The position numbers and the translations under genes were made by a program. Of a stretch of DNA of 64,000 nucleotides, positions 48,723-58,110 are shown one piece after another. The stretch lies in the NCBI GenBank assembly GCA_963801165.1, contig CAWDDT010000004.1, positions 96,001 to 160,000 of the forward strand, written 5' to 3'. Positions within the stretch are counted from its first letter, which is position 1, and the number at the start of each line of letters is the position of its first letter. The notes below the pieces were generated by a model that was not told where the DNA came from, searched no databases, and was given only the letters and a program-made list of their open reading frames with translations. Source of the DNA: an uncultured bacterium (GTDB taxonomy: Bacteria; Actinomycetota; Acidimicrobiia; Spongiisociales; UBA5794).

Positions 48723-50990
48723 ATGGGCAGTGAGATCACATCGATCGTGCGCCGGCGGCTTCGGGTCACCGGGGTCGTCCAGGGCGTCGGCTTCCGGCCG
48801 ACCGTGTACCAGCTCGCCACGTCCCTGGGGCTGGCGGGCTGTGTCGGCAACGATAGTGCTGGTGTGTTCATCGAGCTCGAGGGCGAGCCGGCGCTCATCG
48901 ACCAGTTCGTGCTCAGGCTGCGAGCCGACCCGCCCCCCCTGGCCCACATCGACACGATCGAGGGGCGTGACATCGAGCCGCGCAACGAAACCCAGTTCGT
49001 GATCGTGGAGAGCCGGCGCGACAGCGACGCGTCCACGCTGGTGTCGCCCGACCTCGAGGTTTGCGCCGACTGTCTCACCGAGCTGTACGACCCGGCGAAC
49101 CGGCGATACCGCTACCCGTTCATCAACTGCACCAATTGCGGGCCGCGCTTCACTATCACCAAGGCCACGCCATACGACCGGCCGATGACCACGATGGCGT
49201 CGTTTGTAATGTGCGACGACTGCCAGGCCGAGTACGACGACCCGGGCAATCGGCGCTTCCATGCCCAACCCAACGCCTGCGCCGAATGCGGTCCCCGTAT
49301 TTGGCTGGAGCGTGATCGGGAGCTGGTGAGCGACGACGTGATTGCCACGGCCCGGGAGCTGATCGCCGCCGGGGAGATCGTGGCGATCAAGGGTATCGGC
49401 GGTTTCCACCTCGCCTGCGACGCCCGTAACGCCGCTGCCGTGGCCACGTTGCGGGAACGCAAGCACCGCACCGCCAAGCCGTTTGCGGTGATGGCGGCCG
49501 ACATTGCCACGGTCGAGAAGATCGCCAACCTCGCCAGCGCCGAGCGCGACCTGCTCAAATCGCGGGAGCGCCCCATCGTGCTCGTCGAGGAATCGGCGGC
49601 AAGCGACCTGGTCGGCGGGATCGCCCCCGGCAACAGCCGGATTGGCGTGATGCTGCCCTACACACCGTTACACCACCTGCTGCTGGAACCGGGTGACGTG
49701 TGGGTGATGACGTCAGGCAACTATGCCTCGGAGCCCATCGTCAAGGACAACGACGAGGCCAGGGCCAAGCTGCTAGATCTGGCCGACACGCTGCTGCTCC
49801 ACGACAGGGAGATCCACGTCCACTGTGACGATTCCGTGCTACGCATCGCCGCCGGCAAGGAGCTCCCGGTCCGGCGCAGCCGTGGCTTCGCCCCCTTCCC
49901 GGTTCGGCTCCCGATCGCAGTGCCGCCGATGCTTGCCGTCGGCGGTGAGCTGAAGGCGACTTTCTGTCTCGCCGACGGCACCAACGCCTTCATGAGCCAG
50001 CACATCGGCGACATGGAGAACATCGAGACCCTCGACGCCTTCACCGCCGCGGTCGAGCACATGAGCGGGTTGTTTCGCATCGTCCCCGAGCGAGTCGTTG
50101 CCGACATGCATCCCCGTTACCTGTCGACCAGGTGGGCCCAGGAGCACCATGCCGACAGGCTGGTTCTGGTGCAGCACCACCACGCCCACATCGGGTCGGT
50201 CATGGCTGAGAACGCCCGCACCGATCCCGTCATCGGGTTCAGCTTCGACGGCACCGGGTACGGCACAGACGGCACCATCTGGGGCGGCGAGATTCTCGTC
50301 GGCGACCTGGGCGTGCTGTACCGGGCCGGGCATCTCGGTGTTGCCCAACTCGTCGGCGGCGACGCCGCGGTGAAGCGGCCCTACCGGATGGCGCTGTCGC
50401 ATCTCTGGGCGGCGGGCATCGGGTGGGACGGCCGCATCCCGGCGGTGGCCCACGCCAGCGACGAGGAGCGGCGCATCATCCGCCAGCAGCTCGTGACCGG
50501 GCTCAACAGCATCGAGACCACCTCGATGGGCAGGCTCTTCGATGCGGTCGCCTCGATCGCGGGGGTGTGCCAGGAAATCTCGTATGAGGGTCAGGCGGCC
50601 ATAGAGCTCGAGGCGCTCGGCACCCCGGATGCGGAGGGCCGGTACCGCTTCGATCTCATCAACAATGAGGGTGCCCTGATCATCGATCCCGGTGCAGTGG
50701 TGGCCGCCGTCGCCGGAGACGTGGTCGCCGGAGTGCCCGCCCCGGCCATCAGCACCAGGTTCCATCGAGCCCTGGCAGCGGTGATCGTCGCCGCCGCCGA
50801 GCAGATGCGACGGCAGTACCATATTGAAACGGCGGCCTTGAGCGGCGGCGTGTTCCAGAACGTAACGCTGCTCGAAGCGGCCAAGCGAGGATTGGAAGGG
50901 GCGGGTTTCACCGTTCTCACCCATCGGCTGGTGCCCCCAAACGACGGTGGGCTCGCCCTCGGACAAATCGCTCTCGCAGGAAAGAGGTAA
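48723..50990 (+). CDS. hypF: Hydrogenase maturation carbamoyltransferase HypF
   Basis: GVVQGVGFRP, zinc fingers CADC/CTNCGP/CDDC/CAECGP, QHHHAH, NDGGLALGQ. Confidence 0.96.
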   Translation: MGSEITSIVRRRLRVTGVVQGVGFRPTVYQLATSLGLAGCVGNDSAGVFIELEGEPALIDQFVLRLRADPPPLAHIDTIEGRDIEPRNETQFVIVESRRDSDASTLVSPDLEVCADCLTELYDPANRRYRYPFINCTNCGPRFTITKATPYDRPMTTMASFVMCDDCQAEYDDPGNRRFHAQPNACAECGPRIWLERDRELVSDDVIATARELIAAGEIVAIKGIGGFHLACDARNAAAVATLRERKHRTAKPFAVMAADIATVEKIANLASAERDLLKSRERPIVLVEESAASDLVGGIAPGNSRIGVMLPYTPLHHLLLEPGDVWVMTSGNYASEPIVKDNDEARAKLLDLADTLLLHDREIHVHCDDSVLRIAAGKELPVRRSRGFAPFPVRLPIAVPPMLAVGGELKATFCLADGTNAFMSQHIGDMENIETLDAFTAAVEHMSGLFRIVPERVVADMHPRYLSTRWAQEHHADRLVLVQHHHAHIGSVMAENARTDPVIGFSFDGTGYGTDGTIWGGEILVGDLGVLYRAGHLGVAQLVGGDAAVKRPYRMALSHLWAAGIGWDGRIPAVAHASDEERRIIRQQLVTGLNSIETTSMGRLFDAVASIAGVCQEISYEGQAAIELEALGTPDAEGRYRFDLINNEGALIIDPGAVVAAVAGDVVAGVPAPAISTRFHRALAAVIVAAAEQMRRQYHIETAALSGGVFQNVTLLEAAKRGLEGAGFTVLTHRLVPPNDGGLALGQIALAGKR

Positions 50991-50994
50991 CACC

Positions 50995-51291
50995 ATGTGT
51001 CTCGGGATTCCCGGCAAGATCGTCGAGGTCTACGAACAAGACGGCACCCGGATGGGCAAGGTCGACTTCGACGGCATCGTCAAGGAGATCTGCCTCTCGT
51101 TCGTGCCCGAAGCCGAGGTGGGCGACTACACCATCGTTCATGTCGGCTTCGGTATCACCAAGGTCGACGAGGAGAGCGCACATGAGACGCTCGCCCTGAT
51201 GAGCGAAATGGGTGTGCTCGCCGGAGAGCTGGACGCGGGTGCCGCTCTCGCCCGGGAGCAGGCTCTTGCTGGTGGCGAGGAAGGGCCGTGA
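50995..51291 (+). CDS. hypC: Hydrogenase maturation chaperone HypC
   Basis: MCLGIPG...[10 protein letters not shown]. Confidence 0.96.
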   Translation: MCLGIPGKIVEVYEQDGTRMGKVDFDGIVKEICLSFVPEAEVGDYTIVHVGFGITKVDEESAHETLALMSEMGVLAGELDAGAALAREQALAGGEEGP

Positions 51292-52397
51292 AGTACCTCG
51301 ACGAATACCGCGACCCGGCGCTCGCCAGGAAGCTGTTCGACGAGATCGACCGTCTCGCAACCCAGCACTGGGTGCTGATGGAGGTGTGCGGCGGTCAAAC
51401 CCACTCGATCATCCGTAACGGCATCGACAAGCTGCTCAACGACCACATCGAGCTGGTGCACGGGCCGGGCTGCCCGGTATGCGTCACGCCGCTCGACACG
51501 ATCGACAAGGCCCTGGCGATCGCCGCCAAGGGCGACGTCATCTTCTGCTCGTTCGGTGACATGCTGCGGGTGCCCGGCAGCGAGCGCGATCTGTTCCAGG
51601 TGAAAGGCGAGGGCGGCGACGTCAGGATCGTCTACTCGCCACTCGACGCGGTGAACATCGCCAGGGACAACCCCGGCAAAGAGGTCGTCTTCTTCGGGAT
51701 CGGCTTCGAGACGACCGCCCCCGCCAACGCCATGTCGGTCTACCAGGCCAAGCAGCTCGGGCTGAAGAACTTCTCGATGCTGGTTTCCCACGTGCTGGTG
51801 CCGCCTGCGATCAGGGCCGTGCTCAGCTCGCCGGTCAACCGGGTGCAGGGTTTCCTCGCCGCCGGGCACGTGTGCTCGGTGATGGGATATTCCGAGTACG
51901 TGCCCATCGTCGAGGAGTACCACGTGCCGATCGTTGTCACCGGCTTTGAGCCGCTCGACGTTCTCGAGGGCATCCGCAAGACCGTTGCCCAGCTGGAGGC
52001 CGGTGAGGCCCGGGTCGACAACGCCTACGCCCGTGCCGTCAGCTTCGAAGGCAACAAGGCCGCCCAGCAGCTCATCGCCGACGTGTTCAAGACCACGGAT
52101 CGCAACTGGCGCGGCATCGGCATGATCCCCGGCAGCGGGTGGGAGCTGTCCGACAAGTACGCGGACTTCGATGCGGCCCTTCGCTTCGAGGTGGGCCACA
52201 TCGACACCAAGGAGCCGGAGATCTGCCGATCCGGTGAGGTCCTTCAGGGTTTGATCAAGCCAAACGAATGCGAGGCGTTCGGCAAGCAATGCACCCCGCG
52301 CAAGCCGCTCGGAGCGACCATGGTCTCCAGCGAGGGCGCCTGCGCCGCCTATTACCAGTACGGGCGGTTCATCGAGATAGAGGGGGTCAAGGCATGA
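51288..52397 (+). CDS. hypD: Hydrogenase formation protein HypD
   Basis: [29 protein letters not shown]. Confidence 0.96.
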   Translation: MKYLDEYRDPALARKLFDEIDRLATQHWVLMEVCGGQTHSIIRNGIDKLLNDHIELVHGPGCPVCVTPLDTIDKALAIAAKGDVIFCSFGDMLRVPGSERDLFQVKGEGGDVRIVYSPLDAVNIARDNPGKEVVFFGIGFETTAPANAMSVYQAKQLGLKNFSMLVSHVLVPPAIRAVLSSPVNRVQGFLAAGHVCSVMGYSEYVPIVEEYHVPIVVTGFEPLDVLEGIRKTVAQLEAGEARVDNAYARAVSFEGNKAAQQLIADVFKTTDRNWRGIGMIPGSGWELSDKYADFDAALRFEVGHIDTKEPEICRSGEVLQGLIKPNECEAFGKQCTPRKPLGATMVSSEGACAAYYQYGRFIEIEGVKA

Positions 52398-53455
52398 GCG
52401 ACGCGGGAGCAACCATCGACGGCTGGGTGTGCCCGATGCCGCTTCGCGACCAACCCAACATCGTCATGGGGCACGGCGGTGGGGGCAAGCTCTCGTCGGA
52501 GCTGATCGAGCATGTCTTTCTGCCCGCTTTCAGCAACGAGTTCCTCGACGGGCTCGGCGACGCCGCCGTCATGGATCTGCCCGCCGGTCGGATCGCCATG
52601 TCCACAGACAGCTTTGTGGTCCGCCCCCGTATCTTCCCGGGCGGCAACATCGGCGAGCTGGCCGTAAACGGCACGGTCAACGACGTTGCCATGACCGGAG
52701 CCGATCCGAAGTACATCAGCGTCGCCATGATCCTCGAGGAGGGGATGCCGATCGACGAGCTGGCCTGGCTGGTGCAGGCGATGGCCAAGGCCGCCGAGAC
52801 GGCGGGGGTCCAGCTGGTTACCGGCGACACCAAGGTCGTCGACAAGGGGCACGGCGACGGTATCTACATCAACACGACGGGGATCGGGGTGCTGCCCGAG
52901 GGCATCGACATCCATCCCCGCAACATCCAGCCGGGCGACGCGGTACTGGTCAACGGCACGATCGGCGACCATGGCATGGCCATCATGAGCGTGCGCGAAG
53001 GGTTGGAGTTCGAGTCGACCATCAGATCGGACACCGCCGCATTGAACCATCTGGTTGCGGCGCTGCTCGACGCCGGGATCGCGGTCCGGGCAATGCGGGA
53101 CCCCACCCGGGGCGGTCTCGCCGCCACCCTCAACGAGTTCGCCGCCGCAGCCCGTGTCGGGGTCGTTGTCGACGAGCTGAGCCTGCCGGTGGATCGGGCT
53201 GTCGCTTCGGCGTGCGAGCTGCTCGGCATGGACCCGTTCTACGTGGCCAACGAAGGCAAGGTCGTTGTCGTCGTGCCGCCTGATGAGGCAGATCGGGCCC
53301 TCGAGGTCATGCACGGTAACGAGCTTGGCGAGCATGCGACCCGGATCGCGGAGATAGTGGATGGTCATCCGGGTGTCGTGGTCGCCACGACGGCTCTCGG
53401 ATCTACCCGTGTAGTCGATACTCAGGTGGGGGAGCAGCTCCCCCGTATATGCTGA
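52394..53455 (+). CDS. hypE: Hydrogenase maturation protein HypE
   Basis: HGGGG, GDTKVV, RDPTRGG, ANEGK, C-terminal PRIC. Confidence 0.96.
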   Translation: MSDAGATIDGWVCPMPLRDQPNIVMGHGGGGKLSSELIEHVFLPAFSNEFLDGLGDAAVMDLPAGRIAMSTDSFVVRPRIFPGGNIGELAVNGTVNDVAMTGADPKYISVAMILEEGMPIDELAWLVQAMAKAAETAGVQLVTGDTKVVDKGHGDGIYINTTGIGVLPEGIDIHPRNIQPGDAVLVNGTIGDHGMAIMSVREGLEFESTIRSDTAALNHLVAALLDAGIAVRAMRDPTRGGLAATLNEFAAAARVGVVVDELSLPVDRAVASACELLGMDPFYVANEGKVVVVVPPDEADRALEVMHGNELGEHATRIAEIVDGHPGVVVATTALGSTRVVDTQVGEQLPRIC

Positions 53456-53537
53456 CGCGACCGACGAGGTTCAGTCCGGGCCTGCCCGGACCGATGAAAC
53501 TGGGTGTATCTTCGCGACGGTCGCTACAAGGAAGGGC

Positions 53538-55152
53538 GTGACGGCGGTGGATGAAGCCATTGACCTGCGTGGCGACGATCGGACGGTCCCGGCGCATCGC
53601 GCCGTGGATGCTCGCTCGCGGTTCCTGGTAAATACCAGCCAGGAGATCCGGAGCCGTGTCAACGAGATCGTGAGTCACACCGGATCGGTTCTCGACACGA
53701 CCCTCACCCTCGAGCAACGTGGCGCTCTCACGGATGTGCAGCAGTCCGCCGAGGATCTGCTCACCCTCGTCAACGATCTGTACGACGTGTCCCGTCTCGA
53801 GGAGGGCGACTTCACCCTCGAAGACATACCGTTCTTGCTGCGGCGTACCGTCGATCACCTCATCAAGGTGATGGCGCCCGCCGCGGTCGAGAAGGGTCTG
53901 CAGCTCACCCACGAGTTCCAGGCCGGGCTGCCCGACTGGCTGCGGGGTGACCCGGGCCGGTTCCGGCAGATGATCGCCAACCTCATCGACAACGCCATCA
54001 AGTTCACCAGCGTTGGCGGCGTGCGTGTCGCTATCACCGGCGAGCCCAACGGCAGCGAAGGCCTCGATCTGCGGATCTCGGTGTCGGACAGCGGAATTGG
54101 GATCCCTACGGAAGCGCAGGACCGTGTCTTCGAGTGGTTCGCCCAGGGGAACGCGGCAACGTCGCGCAACTTTGGTGGCATCGGGCTCGGTTTGCCGATC
54201 GCCGCCAAGCTGGCAGAAAAGATGGGTGGTCGCATCTGGATGGAGAGCAAAACCGGGGTCGGAACGACGGTCCACTGTGCGGTCACCGTCCAGCTCGGCG
54301 ATGCGCCCGACGGGACACAGAAGATCATGGATGCGTTCCGGGCGGTTCCCGACGAGTTCCCGGTTCTAGTCATCTCGGACCTCGAGGAAGAGCGACGCAG
54401 GCTCGTCTCGGTTCTGGGAGAAGGCAACATGTCACCGATTGCGGTGGCTCATATCGAGCCAGCCTTCAGCGCCATTCAGCGTGCCGCCGAGCGGGGCAGC
54501 CCGGTCAAGGCGGTCGTTTTCGCCGTCGGCGAGGACCCGTTCAACCTCTATGCCAGGTTCCGGTCGGCATTTGTCGAGCGAATTCCCGCCGTCGTTACGG
54601 TCCCGTCCGGCAGGACGGGGCGATGCCAACCTCTGTCGTGAGCTCGGGATCGCCGGATACCTGGCAGGTTCCTATGAGCAGAACGACGTCGCCGACATGG
54701 TGCGGGCGGTCGTCGAGTTGGGGAGACGTGGTGACGCGTCCCTGGTGACCAGACACCGGCTGCGTGAAGGCCGGAGCAGTCTGCGCATCCTGATTGCCGA
54801 CGACAGCCCGACCAATGTCAAGCTGACGACACGCATGCTGGAGAACCGCGACCACACGGTCACGGCGGTGGAGAACGGGCGTCTGGCTCTCGAGGCGCTA
54901 CGGCTCGGGGACTTCGATGTCATCCTCATGGACGTGCAGATGCCGGTGATGGACGGGATCCAGGCAACGAAGGCCATCCGGGAGGAAGAGGGGACCAGGG
55001 GCAAGCGGATCCCCATCATTGGGCTCACGGCATACGACGACAGGCAGGTATGCCTCGACGCCGGCATGGACGAGCATCTCACTAAGCCCTACCGTCCCCA
55101 GGATCTGTTCACCGTTGTCGAGGACCTGGCGTCACCTCGCATCGAGGGCTGA
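53538..55152 (+). CDS. Hybrid histidine-kinase-like protein with two receiver modules, lacking the phosphoacceptor His; frameshift near 54615
   Basis: H-box reads FLVNTSQEIRS; N box NLIDNAIKFT and G boxes DSGIG/GIGLGL intact; terminal receiver ADD..MDVQMP..LTA..KP intact. Confidence 0.8.
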
Positions 55153-55262
55153 AACCAGCGTTTGCTGCTGGGGCTGCCGTCATCGGGGCGGCCGGCGATG
55201 ACGCTTGCCTCGCATGACGTTACCTGCACGCCGATGCCTGACCAGGGCGGGGTTCGGCAACC

Positions 55263-56252
55263 GTGAAGCGAAGTACGATCACACCGATGACCTCCGCAGG
55301 GGTTGCCCCCGATAGTCGCATTCGCCTTCTGGCGTGGTCCGCACTGTGGCTGACGATTGCCGTCGTCGCCGGCGGTGCGCTCGTCCGCGCCACGGACTCG
55401 GGTGCAGGCTGTGGTGCGTCGTGGCCGATCTGCGGTGGCAAGGTGGTGCCCCACATCGGTACCTACCACACCGCCATCGAGTTCAGCCATCGCATGGCAA
55501 CCGGTCTGCTCGGGATCGTGCTGGTCACGCTGTTGGTGCTGGTGCGACGCCGTTACCCGAAAGGCCACCATCTCCGGGGCGCGGTATACGCCGCAGGTAC
55601 GTTCCTGGTGGTCGAGTCGCTGCTCGGCGCCTCCCTGGTCCTGTTCGGCTGGGTCGAGTACGACGCATCTATCGCCCGGCTCATCGTGGTGCCGGTTCAC
55701 CTGATCAACACGTTCCTGCTGATCGGGTCGATGGCGCTCATTGCCTACTTTGCCAGCGGTGGTGGCACGTTCCGGGTCGACTGGAGCCGTCCGCGAGACA
55801 AGCTTCTCACCGGCTCGCTCGGGATCATCCTCTTCATCGGTGCCAGCGGTGCGCTCGATGCGCTCGCCGATACCCTGATCTTCTCCGGCCACCTCCGCGT
55901 TGCCGCACCGGGTGAGCTGCTGGTGACCGAACCGGTGCTCCGTCAGATCAGGACGATCCATCCCTTTGTCGCCATCGCCGGTGGTCTGGCCGTCTACATG
56001 CTGGTCCGGTATCTGACCGACGATGCTGAGCCCGGTGTGCGCCGTCTCGGTTTCGGGGTCCAGCTGGTCATCTGGTTCCAGTTCATCCTCGGCATGATGA
56101 ACATCGCGTTGGAGGTGCCGCTCGAGATCCAGCTCGTCCACCTCTTTGTCGCCGACGTGCTCTGGGTGCTCACCCTGTTGATCGCGTTCAACCTGTTGCG
56201 GGCGAGATCCGGCGTGCCGGACGCCGCACCTACCCCTGCCGGGGCGCTATGA
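55263..56252 (+). CDS. ctaA: Heme A synthase (COX15/CtaA)
   Basis: DSGAGCGASWPIC, IEFSHR, conserved TM His residues. Confidence 0.88.
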   Translation: MKRSTITPMTSAGVAPDSRIRLLAWSALWLTIAVVAGGALVRATDSGAGCGASWPICGGKVVPHIGTYHTAIEFSHRMATGLLGIVLVTLLVLVRRRYPKGHHLRGAVYAAGTFLVVESLLGASLVLFGWVEYDASIARLIVVPVHLINTFLLIGSMALIAYFASGGGTFRVDWSRPRDKLLTGSLGIILFIGASGALDALADTLIFSGHLRVAAPGELLVTEPVLRQIRTIHPFVAIAGGLAVYMLVRYLTDDAEPGVRRLGFGVQLVIWFQFILGMMNIALEVPLEIQLVHLFVADVLWVLTLLIAFNLLRARSGVPDAAPTPAGAL

Positions 56253-57148
56253 CGAGTCCTTCGGTTCGCATCACAAACCCGCGTACAGACGTGTCGGTGG
56301 TGAAGACCTACGTCGAGTTGATGAAGCTGCGCATCGTCGAGTTGCTGTTGATCACGACGCTGCCCGCGATGGTTGCGGCCGCCCGGGGATGGCCCGGCTG
56401 GTGGCTGGCCTTTGCCACGCTTGTCGGGGGCACCCTGTCCTCGGCGGGCGCCAACGCCATCAACCAGGCCATCGACATCGACATCGATCGGGTAATGAGC
56501 CGCACCCGCCGTCGGCCGCTGCCCACCGACCGTGTCTCGCGCAGGGCCGTAGTTGTTTTCGGCTCTGCCCTGGGTGGTGCCGGGTTCGCCTGGTTATGGG
56601 CGACCACGAACCTTCTGGCGGCGACGCTGTCGCTAACCGGTCTGCTCCTCTACGTGTTCGTGTACTCGCTGTTGCTCAAACGGACGACCACCCAGAACAT
56701 CGTGATCGGTGGCGCGGCGGGCGCCATGCCCGCTCTGGTCGGATGGGCGGCGGTGACCAACTCGGTGGCGTTACCGGCCTGGGTGATGTTCGCCATCGTG
56801 TTCTTCTGGACGCCGCCCCACTTTTGGGCACTGGCGGTGCGGTACCGCAAGGACTACGAACGGGCCGGCGTCCCGATGCTTCCCGTCGTAGTCGGGGAGC
56901 GGAGGGCGATGGACCACATGGTCGCCTACACGGTCACGCTCATCGGCATGACCCTGCTGCTCTACGCAACGGGGGCGGTCGGTTGGCTCTACCTCGTCGC
57001 GGCGGCAACTGCCGGAATCGCCTTCCTCGCCGGCACCTGGTCGTTGCGAGATCATCCCGAGGCGGCAATGCGCTACTTCACATATTCGAACGTGTATTTG
57101 AGCGTGGTCTTCATCGCCATTGCGGTCGATGTGCTGGTGCTGGGATGA
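56249..57148 (+). CDS. ctaB: Heme O synthase (protoheme IX farnesyltransferase)
   Basis: DIDRVMSRTRRRP, LKRTTTQNIVIGG, FFWTPPHFWAL, AGVPMLP. Confidence 0.93.
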   Translation: MTSPSVRITNPRTDVSVVKTYVELMKLRIVELLLITTLPAMVAAARGWPGWWLAFATLVGGTLSSAGANAINQAIDIDIDRVMSRTRRRPLPTDRVSRRAVVVFGSALGGAGFAWLWATTNLLAATLSLTGLLLYVFVYSLLLKRTTTQNIVIGGAAGAMPALVGWAAVTNSVALPAWVMFAIVFFWTPPHFWALAVRYRKDYERAGVPMLPVVVGERRAMDHMVAYTVTLIGMTLLLYATGAVGWLYLVAAATAGIAFLAGTWSLRDHPEAAMRYFTYSNVYLSVVFIAIAVDVLVLG

Positions 57149-57327
57149 GGGGCACCGTGCTGGTTGTCGGGACTGTCCTGACCGGGCTGGGTCTGGCGAT
57201 GATCCTGTGGCGCGAGCTCTCCGGTGCCCGGGAGCGTCGGCGGGTCGGGGCGGTGCGTGACGTTGTCGAAGTCCTGTTGCCCCTGGTGGCGGCGGTGGTG
57301 CTCGTTGTGTGGGTGTGGGTCTCCTAG
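57145..57327 (+). CDS. Small two-TM membrane protein
   Basis: ATGA overlap with ctaB; MRGTVLVVG...LVVWVWVS. Confidence 0.55.
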   Translation: MRGTVLVVGTVLTGLGLAMILWRELSGARERRRVGAVRDVVEVLLPLVAAVVLVVWVWVS

Positions 57328-57427
57328 CACCGGGAGGCCTACGTGTGGCGTAGGCCCGTCGACAGGTGGCGGGAAATTCCGAGGAGCGCACTGAGCGGCC
57401 GGGGCAAAACGTACCCCGGGGTCGCCC

Positions 57428-58072
57428 TCAATCAGGCAGAATGATCGAATAGCGCTCCGGAACTGCCGGGGTCCGATCCGGACGGAAACCGACCCTGGCG
57501 TAGTACTTTTCCTGCTCGGGATTAGCGACCCGGGTCCAGGCGCAGCGGCAATTGGCTTCGGTGAAGAGACCGGACTGCTTCGAGTACAGCCAGTGCGCCA
57601 GCCTGAAGTCGCGGTACTGGGGGATCACGTAGTCGAACAAGATCTCGATCGATGAGTCACCGTGCACGTTGGCGATGACGAGCCCGGCGGGGACCAGATC
57701 ACGCAGCAGAAGGATGGCCAGGGTCTTGGGGCCCGGCTCGTAGACGAACCGGCTGTTGTGGCCGGCGGCAATGTCGGTGCCATAGAACTCGAGGAAGTAC
57801 TGGATGTAGCGGGAGTCCGGGCTAACGGTGAGGATCCGGAATACCTCGTTTTTCTTCCGCACCAGCCTGCGCAGGTGGTACAGGTGGATACCGGCGGCGG
57901 TGACATTGACGACCGCGATCGGGTAGGCACCGATGGCGACGCTGTAGCCAAGGAACGTTGCCGATGCCACGACGCCGATGGTGCGCAGCCGCAGGATGGA
58001 TTTCTGCAGCAGCGACAGAATGACAAGCGCCGACCCGACGTAACCGACGACCTGAATCCAGAATCCACTCAC
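57428..58072 (-). CDS. YgjV-like membrane protein with C-terminal GNAT-like domain
   Basis: GYVGSALVILSL..SILRLR; RDLVPAG...DYVIPQYRDF...YYARVGF. Confidence 0.7.
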   Translation of the reverse strand: MSGFWIQVVGYVGSALVILSLLQKSILRLRTIGVVASATFLGYSVAIGAYPIAVVNVTAAGIHLYHLRRLVRKKNEVFRILTVSPDSRYIQYFLEFYGTDIAAGHNSRFVYEPGPKTLAILLLRDLVPAGLVIANVHGDSSIEILFDYVIPQYRDFRLAHWLYSKQSGLFTEANCRCAWTRVANPEQEKYYARVGFRPDRTPAVPERYSIILPD

Positions 58073-58110
58073 ATCGCGGCAGAGTAGCGGCGGCGGCGGC
58101 CGGCGGTTCG

